A DNA stretch of 64,000 nt from Eledone cirrhosa (lineage: Eukaryota). The notes beneath the pieces were generated by a model. The model had not been told where the DNA came from. It ran no database searches and saw only the letters and a program-made list of their open reading frames with translations. The stretch is from NCBI GenBank assembly GCA_964016885.1, contig OZ024764.1, positions 434,001 through 498,000 of the forward strand. Direction: 5' to 3'. This document shows positions 1 through 13,472 of this stretch, in pieces. How positions within the stretch are numbered: position 1 is the first letter of the stretch; every line of letters begins with the position of its first letter. A program made the position numbers and the translations under genes.

Positions 1-553
1 GCCTCATCGTATAAACCACCGAATAAATTGTGTAATCTTTGCCTTCTGGAGACCCATACTATAATCTTTTCGAAACTAGACCTCCTTAATAGAAAGTCAG
101 AGACATTTTTCTCATGCCAACACCGGTACCGACACTCGTTCCATAACTTTAAACCTAGCTGTTAGTATACAACAATGTCACATTTGAATTCCCCACCACC
201 ATTAACACTACACATCTAGGACTTAGCAGCACCCACAACCACAAACCCCTCGACCAACTCTTTCCTCTACACAACTCCTATTCATCTATAACCTTATGCT
301 CTGCAATAACAGTTAGAATTAGACTACCACCTTGTGATATAACTACAATAGATTAATTATATCTTATACAGTAATGGATATTTGGCACTTGGTATGTAGA
401 CATTTAGTGTAATGTGGTGATAAACTATATATGCATTTGTAATTGAAATATTCACTTCTGCGTTTACAGATTGACTTTGTTAGTTTCAGAAGATCCCGTT
501 AAGGGTGAAAGCAGCGATTCTTTGCTTAAAACTTTAATCTGTTATTTTAATAA

Positions 554-556
<3 letters not shown>
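1..556 (+). mobile_element. 3' fragment of a Penelope-like element (C-terminal end of the ORF plus 3' UTR/pLTR)
   Basis: Frame 1, 1-165, reads ASSYKPPNKLCNLCLLETHTIIFSKLDLLNRKSETFFSCQHRYRH. This matches the CxLCLxE...LLNxxSE...CxH tail typical of PLE GIY-YIG domains. A degenerate hammerhead-like core (CAGAAGA..GAAA) lies at ~487-510, and 500-556 recurs at 25735-25825. Confidence 0.6.
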
Positions 557-586
<30 letters not shown>

Positions 587-587
587 T

Positions 588-717
588 GGCATACGTCAAA
601 ACGGCCGGTCTCAAAGGTGAAACTAATTTTTGACAGTTACGTACACGTTATAAGAGCTATTTAAATTTATATATATAAAATAAAGGAGCAAATAAGAGCA
701 TGATATGAAGTCAGTCA

Positions 718-750
<33 letters not shown>

Positions 751-1044
751 AAACGAATGTAAAAGAATATATGTAGGGCATAGATAAGGTTTCCTAGAAT
801 TTTACACACACACACATATACACACACACGTGTATATATTATAGTGTGTATGTGTGCATATATGTGTATATGTGTGTGTACTTTTACATTCGTTTACACA
901 CACACACACACACACATGACTGACTTCATATCATGCTCTTATTTGCTCCTTTATTTTATATATATAAATTTAAATAGCTCTTATAACGTGTACGTAACTG
1001 TTAAAAGTTAGTTTCACTTTTGAGACCGGCCGTTTTGACGTATG

Positions 1045-1046
<2 letters not shown>
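588..1046. mobile_element. Fold-back/MITE-like element with ~170-bp inverted arms in a (TA)n tract
   Basis: GGCATACGTCAAAACGGCCGGTCTCAAA...TCAGTCATGTG (588-~765) is the reverse complement of ~880-1046 (...TTTGAGACCGGCCGTTTTGACGTATGCC). Confidence 0.7.
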
Positions 1047-1115
<69 letters not shown>

Positions 1116-1554
1116 ATAAATTCCGGATCGTTTGGTTTCATTTGACCCACTATCAAAAAGAAAGTGAAAATAGTTATTCCACCTTATCAATATTCGTTGT
1201 AAGATTATAGATAGGTGGATATATATATATATAGATAGATAGATATAAATATATATATATATACATTCTTCGTTCGGACTGCCGTATCGAAATCACCGTG
1301 GTTAACACAGCGACAGGTACAACCATAAGATTCTACTAGTAATGCGTGTGTGTATCTGTGTATGTATGTATATATATATATATAATGTGTGTGTGTGTGT
1401 GTGTGTATATATATACATATAGGAAAATGTTCTGAACCCTGACGGCAGAGCTCAACCTTTTCCTATTTCCCACTCTACTACCCAAAGTATTGAGTACTCT
1501 GGTGCGTTATGGTCCACCTGGTTCCTTACCACACTTCCTTCGTTATATATACAT

Positions 1555-1595
<41 letters not shown>

Positions 1596-1704
1596 CAGAA
1601 GGCATATTCAAATTGTTGGTAATTGAACAAATGACTATCCAAGGAATACTTCAACAGTTAAGGTATGTTCCTTGGTTATGTCAAAATTTATAAAACAAAC
1701 TTTG

Positions 1705-1766
1705 TATTTTATCTGATGAAAGCGTACCAAAGTTTTTGGTACCCTTGAAATATATATAATAGAAAA
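1705..1766 (+). ncRNA. Minimal type-I hammerhead ribozyme motif (family A)
   Basis: CTGATGA at 1713-1719, stem II AAGCGTACCA/TGGTACCCTT, GAAA at 1747-1750, palindromic stem III TATATA, AUA site. Confidence 0.75.
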
Positions 1767-1857
1767 AATATGGTTTTATAAATATAGTTTCCATTTATTT
1801 AATATCATTGAATATTATACTCCAGAAACTTGTCGAGTGCTCTGAATCAGTTATAAA

Positions 1858-2108
1858 CAGGGCCGGATTTACGTATAAGCTAAACAAGCTATAGCTTACG
1901 GTCCCCACTTTCTTGGGGCCCCGAAAAAATAGAAAAAAAATAACGGTGTGAATATTTCCAAAATATAAGATATAAAGGAACTAAAATAATGCAATAGTTT
2001 TAAACAGTTTTCTGCTTTAATATTGAACGTTTTTCAGTTTTTATAACATATAAAGGGCCCCATTATCTCAAATAGCTTAGGGCCTCATCAAATCTAAATC
2101 CGGCACTG
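1858..2108. mobile_element. hAT-type MITE inserted into a family-A hammerhead element
   Basis: TIRs CAGGGCCGGATTTA / TAAATCCGGCACTG. GTTATAAA (8 bp) is duplicated at 1850-1857 and 2113-2120, and the uninterrupted target is visible at 26695-26730. Confidence 0.7.
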
Positions 2109-2164
2109 GTTGGTTATAAACATTTATATTTGTTGAATTACCAACAATTTGAATATCCCTTCTG

Positions 2165-2225
<61 letters not shown>

Positions 2226-2226
<1 letters not shown>

Positions 2227-2290
2227 GAAGACGGAGGGTGCAGTGCACCTTACTGCTGCATTAAGTGTGGCCGAAACTCGAGTCCGGGAA
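2226..2290 (+). ncRNA. 5'-truncated hammerhead motif
   Basis: (a)TGAAGA...long stem II...GAAAC-TCGA-GTC. Stem III is the palindrome CTCGAG with a GUC site. C3 and the 5' strand of stem I are replaced by (TA)n. Confidence 0.4.
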
Positions 2291-2399
2291 CCTTATAGGC
2301 ACCCGTTTTACGTGTGTTGTGTTGAGGCAAATAACTATGTGTATACTCTGGGAATGTATCTTACATTACCTATTGAGTACTCTGAGATACAACCGGTCC

Positions 2400-2585
2400 T
2401 GGCATTGATAAATATGCTGGGTCCGTCAACTACATGGACACACTGGAAGGGGAAGACCGAGGTTAACGTATGTTGATGCCCTAAGGACAGACACTGGTCT
2501 GTTGGAGGCGCAGGGCATGGCAGCGTTAATGAGGGACAGAGATCGCTGGAGAGAACTCGTTCATGGATCTCCGGAATTTTACCCG

Positions 2586-2590
<5 letters not shown>
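2400..2590 (+). mobile_element. RTE-like LINE 3' end fragment
   Basis: An alternative frame reads HGHTGRGRPRLTYVDALRTDTGLLEAQGMAALMRDRDRWRELV, the typical RTE-group C-terminus (RGRP...DR..WR). Confidence 0.65.
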
Positions 2591-2654
<64 letters not shown>

Positions 2655-2759
2655 GAATTGTGGTAAAACGGCTTGAGCTCTGCCGTCGGGGTCATACTTT
2701 TTCCTATATATTATCCTTATCGAGCCCTCTTCCGATTTTAGTCTTCCCATTTTTTTTAT

Positions 2760-2797
<38 letters not shown>

Positions 2798-2836
2798 GAT
2801 ATTAACAAATGGAAACTATATTTATAAAACCATATT

Positions 2837-2901
2837 TATTTCATTATACATATTTCAAGGACACCAAGTTAAATTATGGTGTGCTTTCATCAGATAAAAT
2901 A
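2837..2901 (-). ncRNA. Minimal hammerhead ribozyme motif (family A)
   Basis: Reverse strand: ATTTTAT-CTGATGA-AAGCACACCA...TGGTGTCCTT-GAAA-TATGTA-TA-ATGAAAT. Confidence 0.7.
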
Positions 2902-3124
2902 TAATATAGATCAGTTTTATAAATAAATATTGACATACCCTTAAAGAATGCGACCATTTCTGTTGGAAGCTCCCGGATAGTGTGTATCTGTGTATAAATA
3001 TGGTTTTATAAATATAGTTTCCATTTATTAATATCGTATATCTACTCCAAATACTTGTTGAGTGCTTTATATCAGTTATAAAAATATTTGCTTGTTGTAT
3101 CCCAACAATTTAAATAGAACTTTT

Positions 3125-3444
3125 ACATACATATATATATATATATGTATGTGTTCGTGTGTATATATATATGTGTGTGTTCGTGTGTGTATATATATAT
3201 ATGTGTTCGTGTATATATATATATATATATGTGTTCGTGTGTGTATATATATATATGTATGTTCGTGTGTGTGTATATATATATATGTATGTATGTGTTC
3301 GTGTGTGTGTATATATATATATATGTTCGTGTGTGTATATATATATATTTATATATATATATATATATATGTGTTCGTGTGTGTGTGTATATATATATGT
3401 ATGTGTTCGTGTGTGTGTGTATATATATATATATGTATGTGTTC

Positions 3445-3512
<68 letters not shown>

Positions 3513-3516
3513 GTTC

Positions 3517-3560
<44 letters not shown>

Positions 3561-3564
3561 GTTC

Positions 3565-3618
<54 letters not shown>

Positions 3619-3622
3619 GTTC

Positions 3623-3670
<48 letters not shown>

Positions 3671-3674
3671 GTTC

Positions 3675-3726
<52 letters not shown>

Positions 3727-3730
3727 GTTC

Positions 3731-3772
<42 letters not shown>

Positions 3773-3774
3773 TC

Positions 3775-3824
<50 letters not shown>

Positions 3825-3825
3825 T

Positions 3826-3861
<36 letters not shown>

Positions 3862-3862
3862 A
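3125..3862. repeat. Compound (TA)n/GTATGTGTTCGTGT minisatellite between inverted family-A arms (3003-3124 / 3866-4022)
   Basis: Direct inspection. The two flanks are reverse complements of each other. Confidence 0.85.
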
Positions 3863-4012
3863 TGCAAAAGTTCTATTTAAATTGTTGGGATACAACAAGC
3901 AAATATTTTTATAACTGATATAAAGCACTCAACAAGTATTTGGAGTAAAAATACGATATTAAGAAATGGAAACTATATGAAATAAATATGGTTTTATAAA
4001 TATAGTTTCCAT

Positions 4013-4053
<41 letters not shown>

Positions 4054-4304
4054 TTGAATGTGTGTACATTTGTAAATATGTTTGTATATACACATCAATA
4101 ATTTATATATATAAATATATATATATGTATATATACATATATATAATGTATATATACATATATATAATGTATATGTGAGTGGAATACAACGACTTCCGTC
4201 TCCAGGCTTCTTCTTTCCTGTTTTAACAAGTTAACTTTTATTAGAAACATTTACTTCAGGACAACTTACACTTCAGATATATCTTTTCTACTTTAGATGG
4301 GCAC

Positions 4305-4343
<39 letters not shown>

Positions 4344-4484
4344 CCTCTGTCTGTCTCTGGCTCTCTCTGTCTCTGTGTATTGCACAATCACTCTACTTTC
4401 ACAACTCTGGCGATTTGGTAGCTATTTCTAGCATACCTAGGTACAGTGTAGTGGTTTTACTTGCTGACTCATGGAAGTTTGGCA

Positions 4485-7400
4485 CACACTCTCACACACA
4501 CACACACTCATACGCACACTCATACACACTCTCATACTCACACACTCACTCACTCACTCACTCTCGCACACTCACTCACACACACACTCTTACACACACT
4601 CTTACACACACTCACACTCGCACACTCGCACACTCACACACTCACTCACTCACTCACTCTCACACACTCACACACTCACTCACTCTCACACACTCACTCT
4701 CGCACACACACACCTGTCCAACCCATACTAACTAGGAAAGCAGATGTTAAAATGATGACACACACATATATATACATATATACATACATACAAATATACC
4801 TACATAGATATACATATATATACCTACATATATATCTACATACATATATACATACTTACCTACATATATGCCTACATATATATCTACTTACAGATACATA
4901 TATACATATCTACATATGTAGATATGTAGATATGTAGATATGTAGATATGTAGATATGTAGATATGTAGATATGTAGATATGTAGATATGTAGATATCTA
5001 CATATATACATATATACATATATACATATATACATATATACATATCTACATATCTACATATCTACATATCTACATATCTACATATATACATATCTACAAA
5101 TATACATATCTACATATCTACATATCTACATGTCTACATATATGTAGATATGTAGATATGTATATATATACATATCTACATACATACATATCTACATACA
5201 TACATATCTGCATACTTACATATCTACATACTTACCTATTTACACGTACATATCTACACATACATATCTACACATACACATCTACACATACATATCTACA
5301 CATACACATCTACACATACACATCTACACATACACATCTACACATACACATCTACACATACATATATACACGTACATATCTACACGTACATATCTACACA
5401 TACAGATCTACACATACACATCTATACATACAGATCTACACATACAGATCTACACGTACATATCTACACATACAGATCTACACATACATATCTACACATA
5501 CAGATCTACACATACAGATCTACACATACATATCTACACATACAGATCTACACATACATATCTACACATACAGATCTACACATACATATCTACACATACA
5601 TATCTACACATACATATCTACACATACATCTCTACACATACATATCTACACATACAGATCTACACATACAGATCTACACATACATATCTACACATACAGA
5701 TCTACACATACAGATCTACACATACAGATCTACACATACAGATCTACACATACAGATCTACACATACATCTCTACACATACATATCTACACATACATACC
5801 TACACATACATACTTACACATACATATCTACACGTACATATCTACACGTACATATCTACACATACAGATCTACACATACATATCTATACATACAGATCTA
5901 CACATACATATCTACACATACATATCTACACATACAGATCTACACATACAGATCTACACGTACATATCTACACGTACATATCTACACGTACATATCTACA
6001 CGTACATATCTACACATACAGATCTACACATACAGATCTACACATACAGATCTACACGTACAGATCTACACGTACAGATCTACACGTACATATCTACACA
6101 TACATCTCTACACATACATCTCTACACATACATCTCTACACATACATCTCTACACATACATCTCTACACATACATCTCTACACGTACATATCTACACATA
6201 CATATCTACACATACATATCTACACATACATATCTACACATACATATCTACACATACATATCTACACATACATATCTACACATACATATCTACACATACA
6301 TATCTACACATACATATCTACACATACACATACACATCTACACATACACATCTACACATACATATCTACACATACATATCTACACATACATACTTACGCA
6401 TACACATCTACACATACATATCTACACATACACATCTATACATACATATCTACACATACATCTCTACACGTACATATCTACACGTACATATCTACACATA
6501 CACATCTACACATACACATCTACACATACATATCTACACATACATACTTACACATACATATCTACACATACATATCTACACATACATATCTACACATACA
6601 TATCTACACATACATATCTACACATACACATCTACACATACACATCTACACATACACATCTACACATACAGATCTACACATACATATCTACACATACATA
6701 TATACATATATACATATCTACATATATATATATCTACATATATACATATCTACATATATACATACTTACACATACATATCTACACATACAGATCTACACA
6801 TACAGATCTACACATACATATCTACACATACATATCTACACATACAGATCTACACATACATATCTACACATACACATCTTCACATACATATCTACACATA
6901 CACATCTACACGTACACATCTACACATACATATCTACACATACATATCTACACATACATATCTACACATACATATCTACACATACATATCTACACATACA
7001 TATCTACACATACATATCTACACATACATATCTACACATACATATCTACACATACATATCTACACATACATACTTACACATACATATCTACACATACATA
7101 TATACATATACACATCTACACATACATATCTACACATACATATCTACACATACATATCTACACATACATATCTACACATACACATCTACACATACACATC
7201 TATACATACACATCTATACATACAGATCTACACATACATATCTACATATCTACATATCTACATATCTACATATATACATATATACATATCTACATATCTA
7301 CATATCTACATATCTACATATATACATATCTACATATATACATATCTACATATATACATATCTACATATATACATATCTACATATATACATATCTACATA

Positions 7401-7562
7401 TCTACATATATACATATATACATATATACATATCTACATATCTACATATCTACATATATACATATATACATATATACATATCTACATATATACATACTTA
7501 CACATACATCTCTACACATACATATCTACACGTACATATCTACACATACATATCTACACATA
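4485..7562. repeat. CA/TA-derived tandem arrays (TAGATATG 8-mer; TCTACACATACA(T/G/C)A 14-mer)
   Basis: Direct inspection. The array explains the spurious 842-aa ORF. Confidence 0.9.
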
Positions 7563-7564
7563 CA

Positions 7565-7766
7565 TCATCATCATCATCATTTTACGTCCGCGTTTCCCTG
7601 CTTGCAAGGGTGGGACGAGTCTTATTCAGCACAGCATCTCTCCACTCGTCACGGTCCTTCGTCATCTCCACCGTGAGCTTCAATGATCTGAGGTCTGTTC
7701 TCACCACCTCCGCCCATGTTTTTCGTGGTCTACCTCTACTGCGTCTTCCTTCATACATATCTACTT
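7565..7766 (-). mobile_element. RTE LINE 3' end fragment (same family as 33400-34145)
   Basis: [59 protein letters not shown] with an (ATG)n tail. Confidence 0.85.
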
Positions 7767-8113
7767 GGAGGCACATGGCTTAGTGGTTAGAGCATTGGCC
7801 TTGCAATCGAAAGGTTGTGAGTTCAATTCTCAGACCGGGCGATGTGTTGTTTCCTTGAGCAAGACACTTTATTTCACATTGCTCCAGTTTCCTCAGCTGT
7901 AGAAATGAGATGATAGGGACTGGCGTCCCTATCATTCCACTGTAAAGTTGTCGTGGAGGTGCCACGGCAAAAAAGCACCCAGCACTCACTGTAAATGAGG
8001 TTGGTGTTAGGAAGGGCATCCAGCTGTAGAAATCAAGCCAGAATCAGTTCCCGTCCCACCCTTGCAAGCAGGGAAAAGCGGACGTAAAATGAAATGAATG
8101 AATGAATGAAATG
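7767..8113 (+). mobile_element. tRNA-derived CORE-SINE (family S1), full length
   Basis: A box TGGCTTAGTGG and B box GTTCAATTC. The body CCTTGAGCAAGACACTT...CAGTTTCCTCAGCTGTAGAAATGAGATGATA resembles the MIR CORE. RTE-derived tail followed by (AATG)n. Confidence 0.9.
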
Positions 8114-8149
8114 ATATATATATATATACATACATATATACATGTGTGT

Positions 8150-8190
<41 letters not shown>

Positions 8191-8197
8191 TTGAAGT

Positions 8198-8228
<31 letters not shown>

Positions 8229-8296
8229 TATGTATATCTCATATATATGGTATGTTTATACACGCAAATATATATATATGTGTGTGTGTGTGTATT

Positions 8297-8466
8297 CGGT
8301 AGAAGGTCGGACGCCATGCTTTGCAGCATAGTTACGTCCATTTACAGTCTGAGTTCAAATCCCGCCGAGGTTAGCTTTGTCTTTCATCCTTACGGGGTTG
8401 ATAAAATAAAGTACCAGTAATGCACTGGGTAATTGCAGGCCTTGTGCCTAAAGTAGAAACAATTAT
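8297..8466 (+). mobile_element. tRNA-derived SINE, family S2
   Basis: B box GAGTTCAAATCCC and body CTTTCATCCTTACGGGGTTGATAAAATAAAGTACCAG. Also present at 16268-16458(-), 43174-43322 and 43352-43540. Confidence 0.75.
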
Positions 8467-8481
8467 CATGAAATGTGCTTA

Positions 8482-8520
<39 letters not shown>

Positions 8521-8524
<4 letters not shown>

Positions 8525-8815
8525 GTACCAAAAAGTACCCAGTCCACACTGTAAAGTGGTCATGTAGGTGTCACAACAAAAAGTACCCAGTCCACACTGT
8601 AAAGTGGTCATGTAGGTGTCACAACAAAAAGTACCCAGTCCACACTGTAAATCTGGTTGGCGTTGGGAATGGCATCCAGCCTTAGAAATCTAGCCAGAAA
8701 CACCCCTATATGAGTGAGACAAGGTCACCCGACCCAAATTGCCTCAAATGGGACAAAGCCATCTAACTGATGCTAGCGTGGAAGATGGATGTTAAGCGAT
8801 GATGATGATGATGAT
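8521..8815 (+). mobile_element. Non-autonomous RTE-related short element (no tRNA head), family R1
   Basis: Starts GTTGGTACC, has repeated GTAGGTGTCAC..AAAAA..CAGTCCACACTGTAA units, a GGCATCCAGC motif and an (ATG)n tail. Homologous to 14093-14375(+) and 41880-42152(-). Confidence 0.65.
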
Positions 8816-8850
8816 ATACATACCTACATATATAAGCCTACATACATATT

Positions 8851-9390
8851 TACATGGTGGCTGCCAACTCGTTTTCGAGTACGGCCACTACTTTATATCC
8901 ATGTAGGAGAACCCCTACCAATGCGCTGAACGAGTGACTTTTTAGTCCAGCCAGCGACTTGAAAACTCTGGTACAAACACTACACTTGTGACAATTATTG
9001 ACACATAGTGCTGGGCCCATGGTACCATGTGACAAGTGCAGAGAGATCTCCAGATATAAAGCAATGCCTGTGCCCTGAAGCTTTTATAGTGAGCAAAGGC
9101 ACTGCACAAAGCCAGTCCCACTCTCTTAACCAAGATGATATTTACCAAAAAGAAGAACAAGTCAACATCATTGGATACCATCAGGGTTGCAGGTGTTATA
9201 TCAGAGTTTTCCTTCTCCTAGAATTCTGCCTTGACAAAGGCTAAGGGGTCATATCTCCCGGTGATTTTGGATGGCCATTGACTCTTAAGAGCTCCTTTGC
9301 CTTTTAACAGGTTTTGTTTTTAGTCCTGCAGGATGTCCAAAGTCACCCTCCTCACCAAGAAACCTTGGTGGGGTTGCCAGTTTAGTCGCC
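8851..9390 (-). mobile_element. Internally deleted bipartite RTE element (5' UTR + 3' zinc-finger end), family R2, copy 1
   Basis: Reverse strand has the RTE 5'UTR-like motif CTAGGAGAAGGAAAACTCTGA and a CxxCTRVFKSLAGLKSH remnant, with a (TGTA)n tail. Near-identical to 9744-10325. Confidence 0.7.
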
Positions 9391-9743
9391 ATACATATAT
9401 ACATACCTACATACCTACATACATATATACCTACCTATATATATATACATACCTACAAATATACATTTGTACATAAATACATACTTATATATATATATAT
9501 ATATATATATACATACATACATACATACATACTTATATATATATACCTACATACACACATACTTATATATATATACCTACATACACACTTATATATATAT
9601 ACCTACATACATACTTACATATATACATACATACACACATACTTATATATATACCTACATATACACACATATATATATACCTACATACATACATACTTAT
9701 ATATATACCTACATACATACATATACCTACATACATACATATA

Positions 9744-10325
9744 TGGTGGCTGCCAACTCGTTTTCGAGTACGGCCACTACTTTACATCCATGTAGGATAA
9801 CCCCTACCGAAGCGCTGAACGAGTGTGACTTTTTAGTCCAGCCAGCGACTTGAAACCTCTGGTACAAACACAACACCTGTGACAATTATTGACACATAGT
9901 GCTAGGCCCATGGTAGGACAATTATTGACACATAGTGCTGGGCCCATGTGAGGACAAGTGCAGAGAGATCTCCAGATATAAAGCAATGCCTGTGCCGTGA
10001 AGCTTTTATAGTGAGCAAAGGCACTGCACAAAGCCAGTCCCACTCTCTTAACCAAGATGCTATTTACCAAAAAGAAGAACAAGTCAACATCATTGGATAC
10101 CATCAGGGTTGCAGGTGTTATATCAGAGTTTTCCTTCTCCTAGAATTCTGCCTTGACTAAGGCTAAAGGGGTCATCTCTCCCGGTGATTTTGGATGGCCA
10201 TTGACTCTTAAGAGCTCCTTTGCCCTTTGACAGGTTTTGTTTTTAGTCCTGCAGGATGTCCAAAGTCACCCTCCTCACCAAGAAACCTTGGTGGGGTTGC
10301 CAGTTTAGTCGCCAACGACCCGAAC
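9744..10325 (-). mobile_element. Family R2 bipartite RTE element, copy 2
   Basis: Direct-orientation repeat of 8851-9390 with a small internal duplication. Confidence 0.7.
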
Positions 10326-10537
10326 ATACATATATATATACCTACATACATACATACTTATATATATATATACCTACATGCATACACACATACATACATA
10401 CATACTTATATATATATATACCTACATACATACATACACACTTATATATATATATATACCTACATACATACATACATATATATATACCTACATACATACA
10501 CACTTATATATATATATATACCTATATACATACATAT

Positions 10538-11080
10538 CAAGCTCCTCAAAGGGCAATCACGAAAAAGATAGATGGCATGTCAGACCTTGACTACTGGGGT
10601 CGATTAGAAAACCTGAAACTTTACTCACTCCAACGTCGCCGTGAGCGTTATATTATCTGCATGATGTGGAAAATGTTCCATCATCACTGCCCAAATGATG
10701 TTGGCATCGCCTTCAAGATACACCCAAGGCTTGGGCCCCGTGCTATCCGTCCCATTCAAAAATCTAAATCGCAACTCATAACAACAATACGGCACAATTA
10801 TTTCACCTCAATCGGCCCTGCTCTCTTCAACATCACACCAGGACACGTCAAAACAGAAACTGACCACACAAAATTCAAGAAGTCTTTGGACAAATTCCTC
10901 CAAGTAATCCCGGACAAACCACCCACACCCGGATATGTCTCCGCAAACAGTAATTCTCTTCTCGAATGGGCCATGGTGCCCAAATCCTGAATTGAAAGAC
11001 TTCGCCAGGTGGTGCTATTAAGTTAGACATGGCCTGGGCCAATACTGGCCAAAACATTTCAAAGTTATTCAAAGTTATTC
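10538..11080 (+). mobile_element. CR1-group LINE 3' end fragment
   Basis: [35 protein letters not shown]...GPALFN...FKKSLDKFL is the typical CR1-group C-terminus. It ends in a short tandem tail (AAAGTTATTC)x2. Confidence 0.8.
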
Positions 11081-11098
11081 ATATATATATATATACAT

Positions 11099-11338
11099 AC
11101 AATATTAAATAAATGGAAAACTATATTTATAAAACCATAGTTATTTCATTATATATATTTCGGGGATATCATATTAACAATATGCTATGCCTTCATCAGA
11201 CAAAATACAATATAAACTGTTTATATTGTATTTTGTCTGATGAAGGCATAGCATATTGTTAATATGATATCCCCGAAATATATATAATGAAATAAATATG
11301 GTTTTATAAATATAGTTTTCCATTTATTTAATATTGTA
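11099..11338. mobile_element. Near-perfect ~240-bp palindrome carrying a hammerhead on each strand (family A)
   Basis: Arms meet at a ~3-nt loop near 11217-11219. TCATCAG at 11193-11199 (-); CTGATGA at 11237-11243 and GAAA at 11275-11278 (+). Confidence 0.85.
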
Positions 11339-11424
11339 AATATACTCCAAGTATTTGTCGAGTGCTTTTATATCAGTTATAAATATTTACTAGTTGTAAC
11401 CCAACAATTTTAAATATAACTTTA

Positions 11425-11881
11425 CATATATACATACATATATATATATACATACATACATATATATATACATACATACATATATATATACATACATATA
11501 TATATATATACATACATACATACATATATATATATACATACATATATATATACATACATATATATATACATACATATATACATACATACATATATATATA
11601 CATACATATATACATACATACATATATACATACATACATATATACATACATACATATATACATACATATATACATACATACATACATACATATATATACA
11701 TACATACATATATATACATACATATATACATACATACATATATATATACATACATATATATATATATATATATACATACATATATATATATATATATACA
11801 TACATATATATATATATACATACATATATATATATATATACATACATATATATATATACATACATATATATATATACATAC

Positions 11882-11912
<31 letters not shown>

Positions 11913-12258
11913 CATACATATATATATATATATACATACATATATATATACATACATATATATATATACATACATACTTATATATATATATATATACATA
12001 CATACATACATACATACATACTTAGGTATATATCTACACACACACTTATATATATACACCTACATACATATCTACATATACACATGGCAGTAGGGTGTTA
12101 TATGAGGGTGACTTGGTTGCTATTTTTGTCACCTCTAGCTGCTATGTAGAGGTAGACAGGTTGTGGTGTCTAAAGCTGTACAAGTTTCTCTTTTCTAAAT
12201 ATAATCACTGACTAATATATATATATATATATGTGTGTGTATGTATGTATATATTTAT

Positions 12259-12312
<54 letters not shown>

Positions 12313-12532
12313 ATGTATGTATATATTTATACACACACACATATATATATGTGTGTGTGTGTATGTATGTATATATTTATACACACATATATATGTGTGT
12401 ATGTATGTATATATTTATACACACATATATATGTGTATGTATGTATATATTTATACACACATATATATATATATGTGTATGTATGTATATATTTATACAC
12501 ACATATATATATATATATATGTATATATTTAT

Positions 12533-12576
<44 letters not shown>

Positions 12577-12968
12577 TTATACACACATATATATATTTAT
12601 TTATGTGTGTGTATAGACATACACATATATACATACACACATATATATATTTATACACACACATATATATATATTTATATATATATATACATACACACAC
12701 GTGTATATACATATATACATACACATGTATATATATATATATATATACATACACACACACATATATACATACACACACACACACATATATATATATATAC
12801 ATACACACACGTATATACACATATATACATACACATACATATATATATATTTACACACACACACATACATTTATACACACACATATATATTTATACACAT
12901 ATATTTATATACACACACACACACATATATATATTTATACACATATATTTATATACACACACACACTA

Positions 12969-13004
<36 letters not shown>

Positions 13005-13043
13005 CACACACACATATATATATTTATACACACATATATTTAT

Positions 13044-13091
<48 letters not shown>

Positions 13092-13105
13092 GTATATATA
13101 TATAG
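11425..13105. repeat. (TA)n/(CATA)n/(CA)n compound microsatellite arrays
   Basis: Direct inspection. Confidence 0.9.
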
Positions 13106-13324
13106 CATGGTGGTGGTTGTTGGTGGAGGAGGTGCAGGTAGCAGGCATGTCATGAACTGTGTGTTCCTTCCTCTTTCTCCCCCTCTTGCCCCCCACATTC
13201 TCCCCCCCCCTCTCTCTCTGTCCCCCTCTCTCTGTACTCCCTCTCTCTCTCTCTGTATTCCTCTCTCTCTCCCACTCTCTCTTTCTATCTCTATCTCTAT
13301 CTCTTAAAAATAATAATTGAGACC

Positions 13325-13472
13325 CACCCAGGGGCAACTCAGAAACCCTCACCAATCCTGAACTACCCAGGGGTAACTCAGAAACCCCCACCAATCCTGA
13401 ACTATCCAGGGGTAACTCAGGAACCCCACCAATCCTGAACTAGCCAGGGGCAACTCAGAAACCCCCACCAAG
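13325..13472. repeat. 39-bp minisatellite, ~4 copies
   Basis: CCAGGGG(C/T)AACTCAGAAACCCCCACCAATCCTGAACTA repeated. Confidence 0.85.

Noticed and set aside
7767-7840. tRNA-like sequence (TGC anticodon-like loop)
   Set aside because: SINE head: imperfect stems and continuous with the CORE body in every copy, so not a tRNA gene.
4160-13200. Upstream non-coding AKAP1 exon or promoter (unique patches at ~4175-4470, ~12085-12210, ~13106-13170)
   Set aside because: An upstream exon is implied by the acceptor at 17351, but no candidate can be supported from sequence alone.
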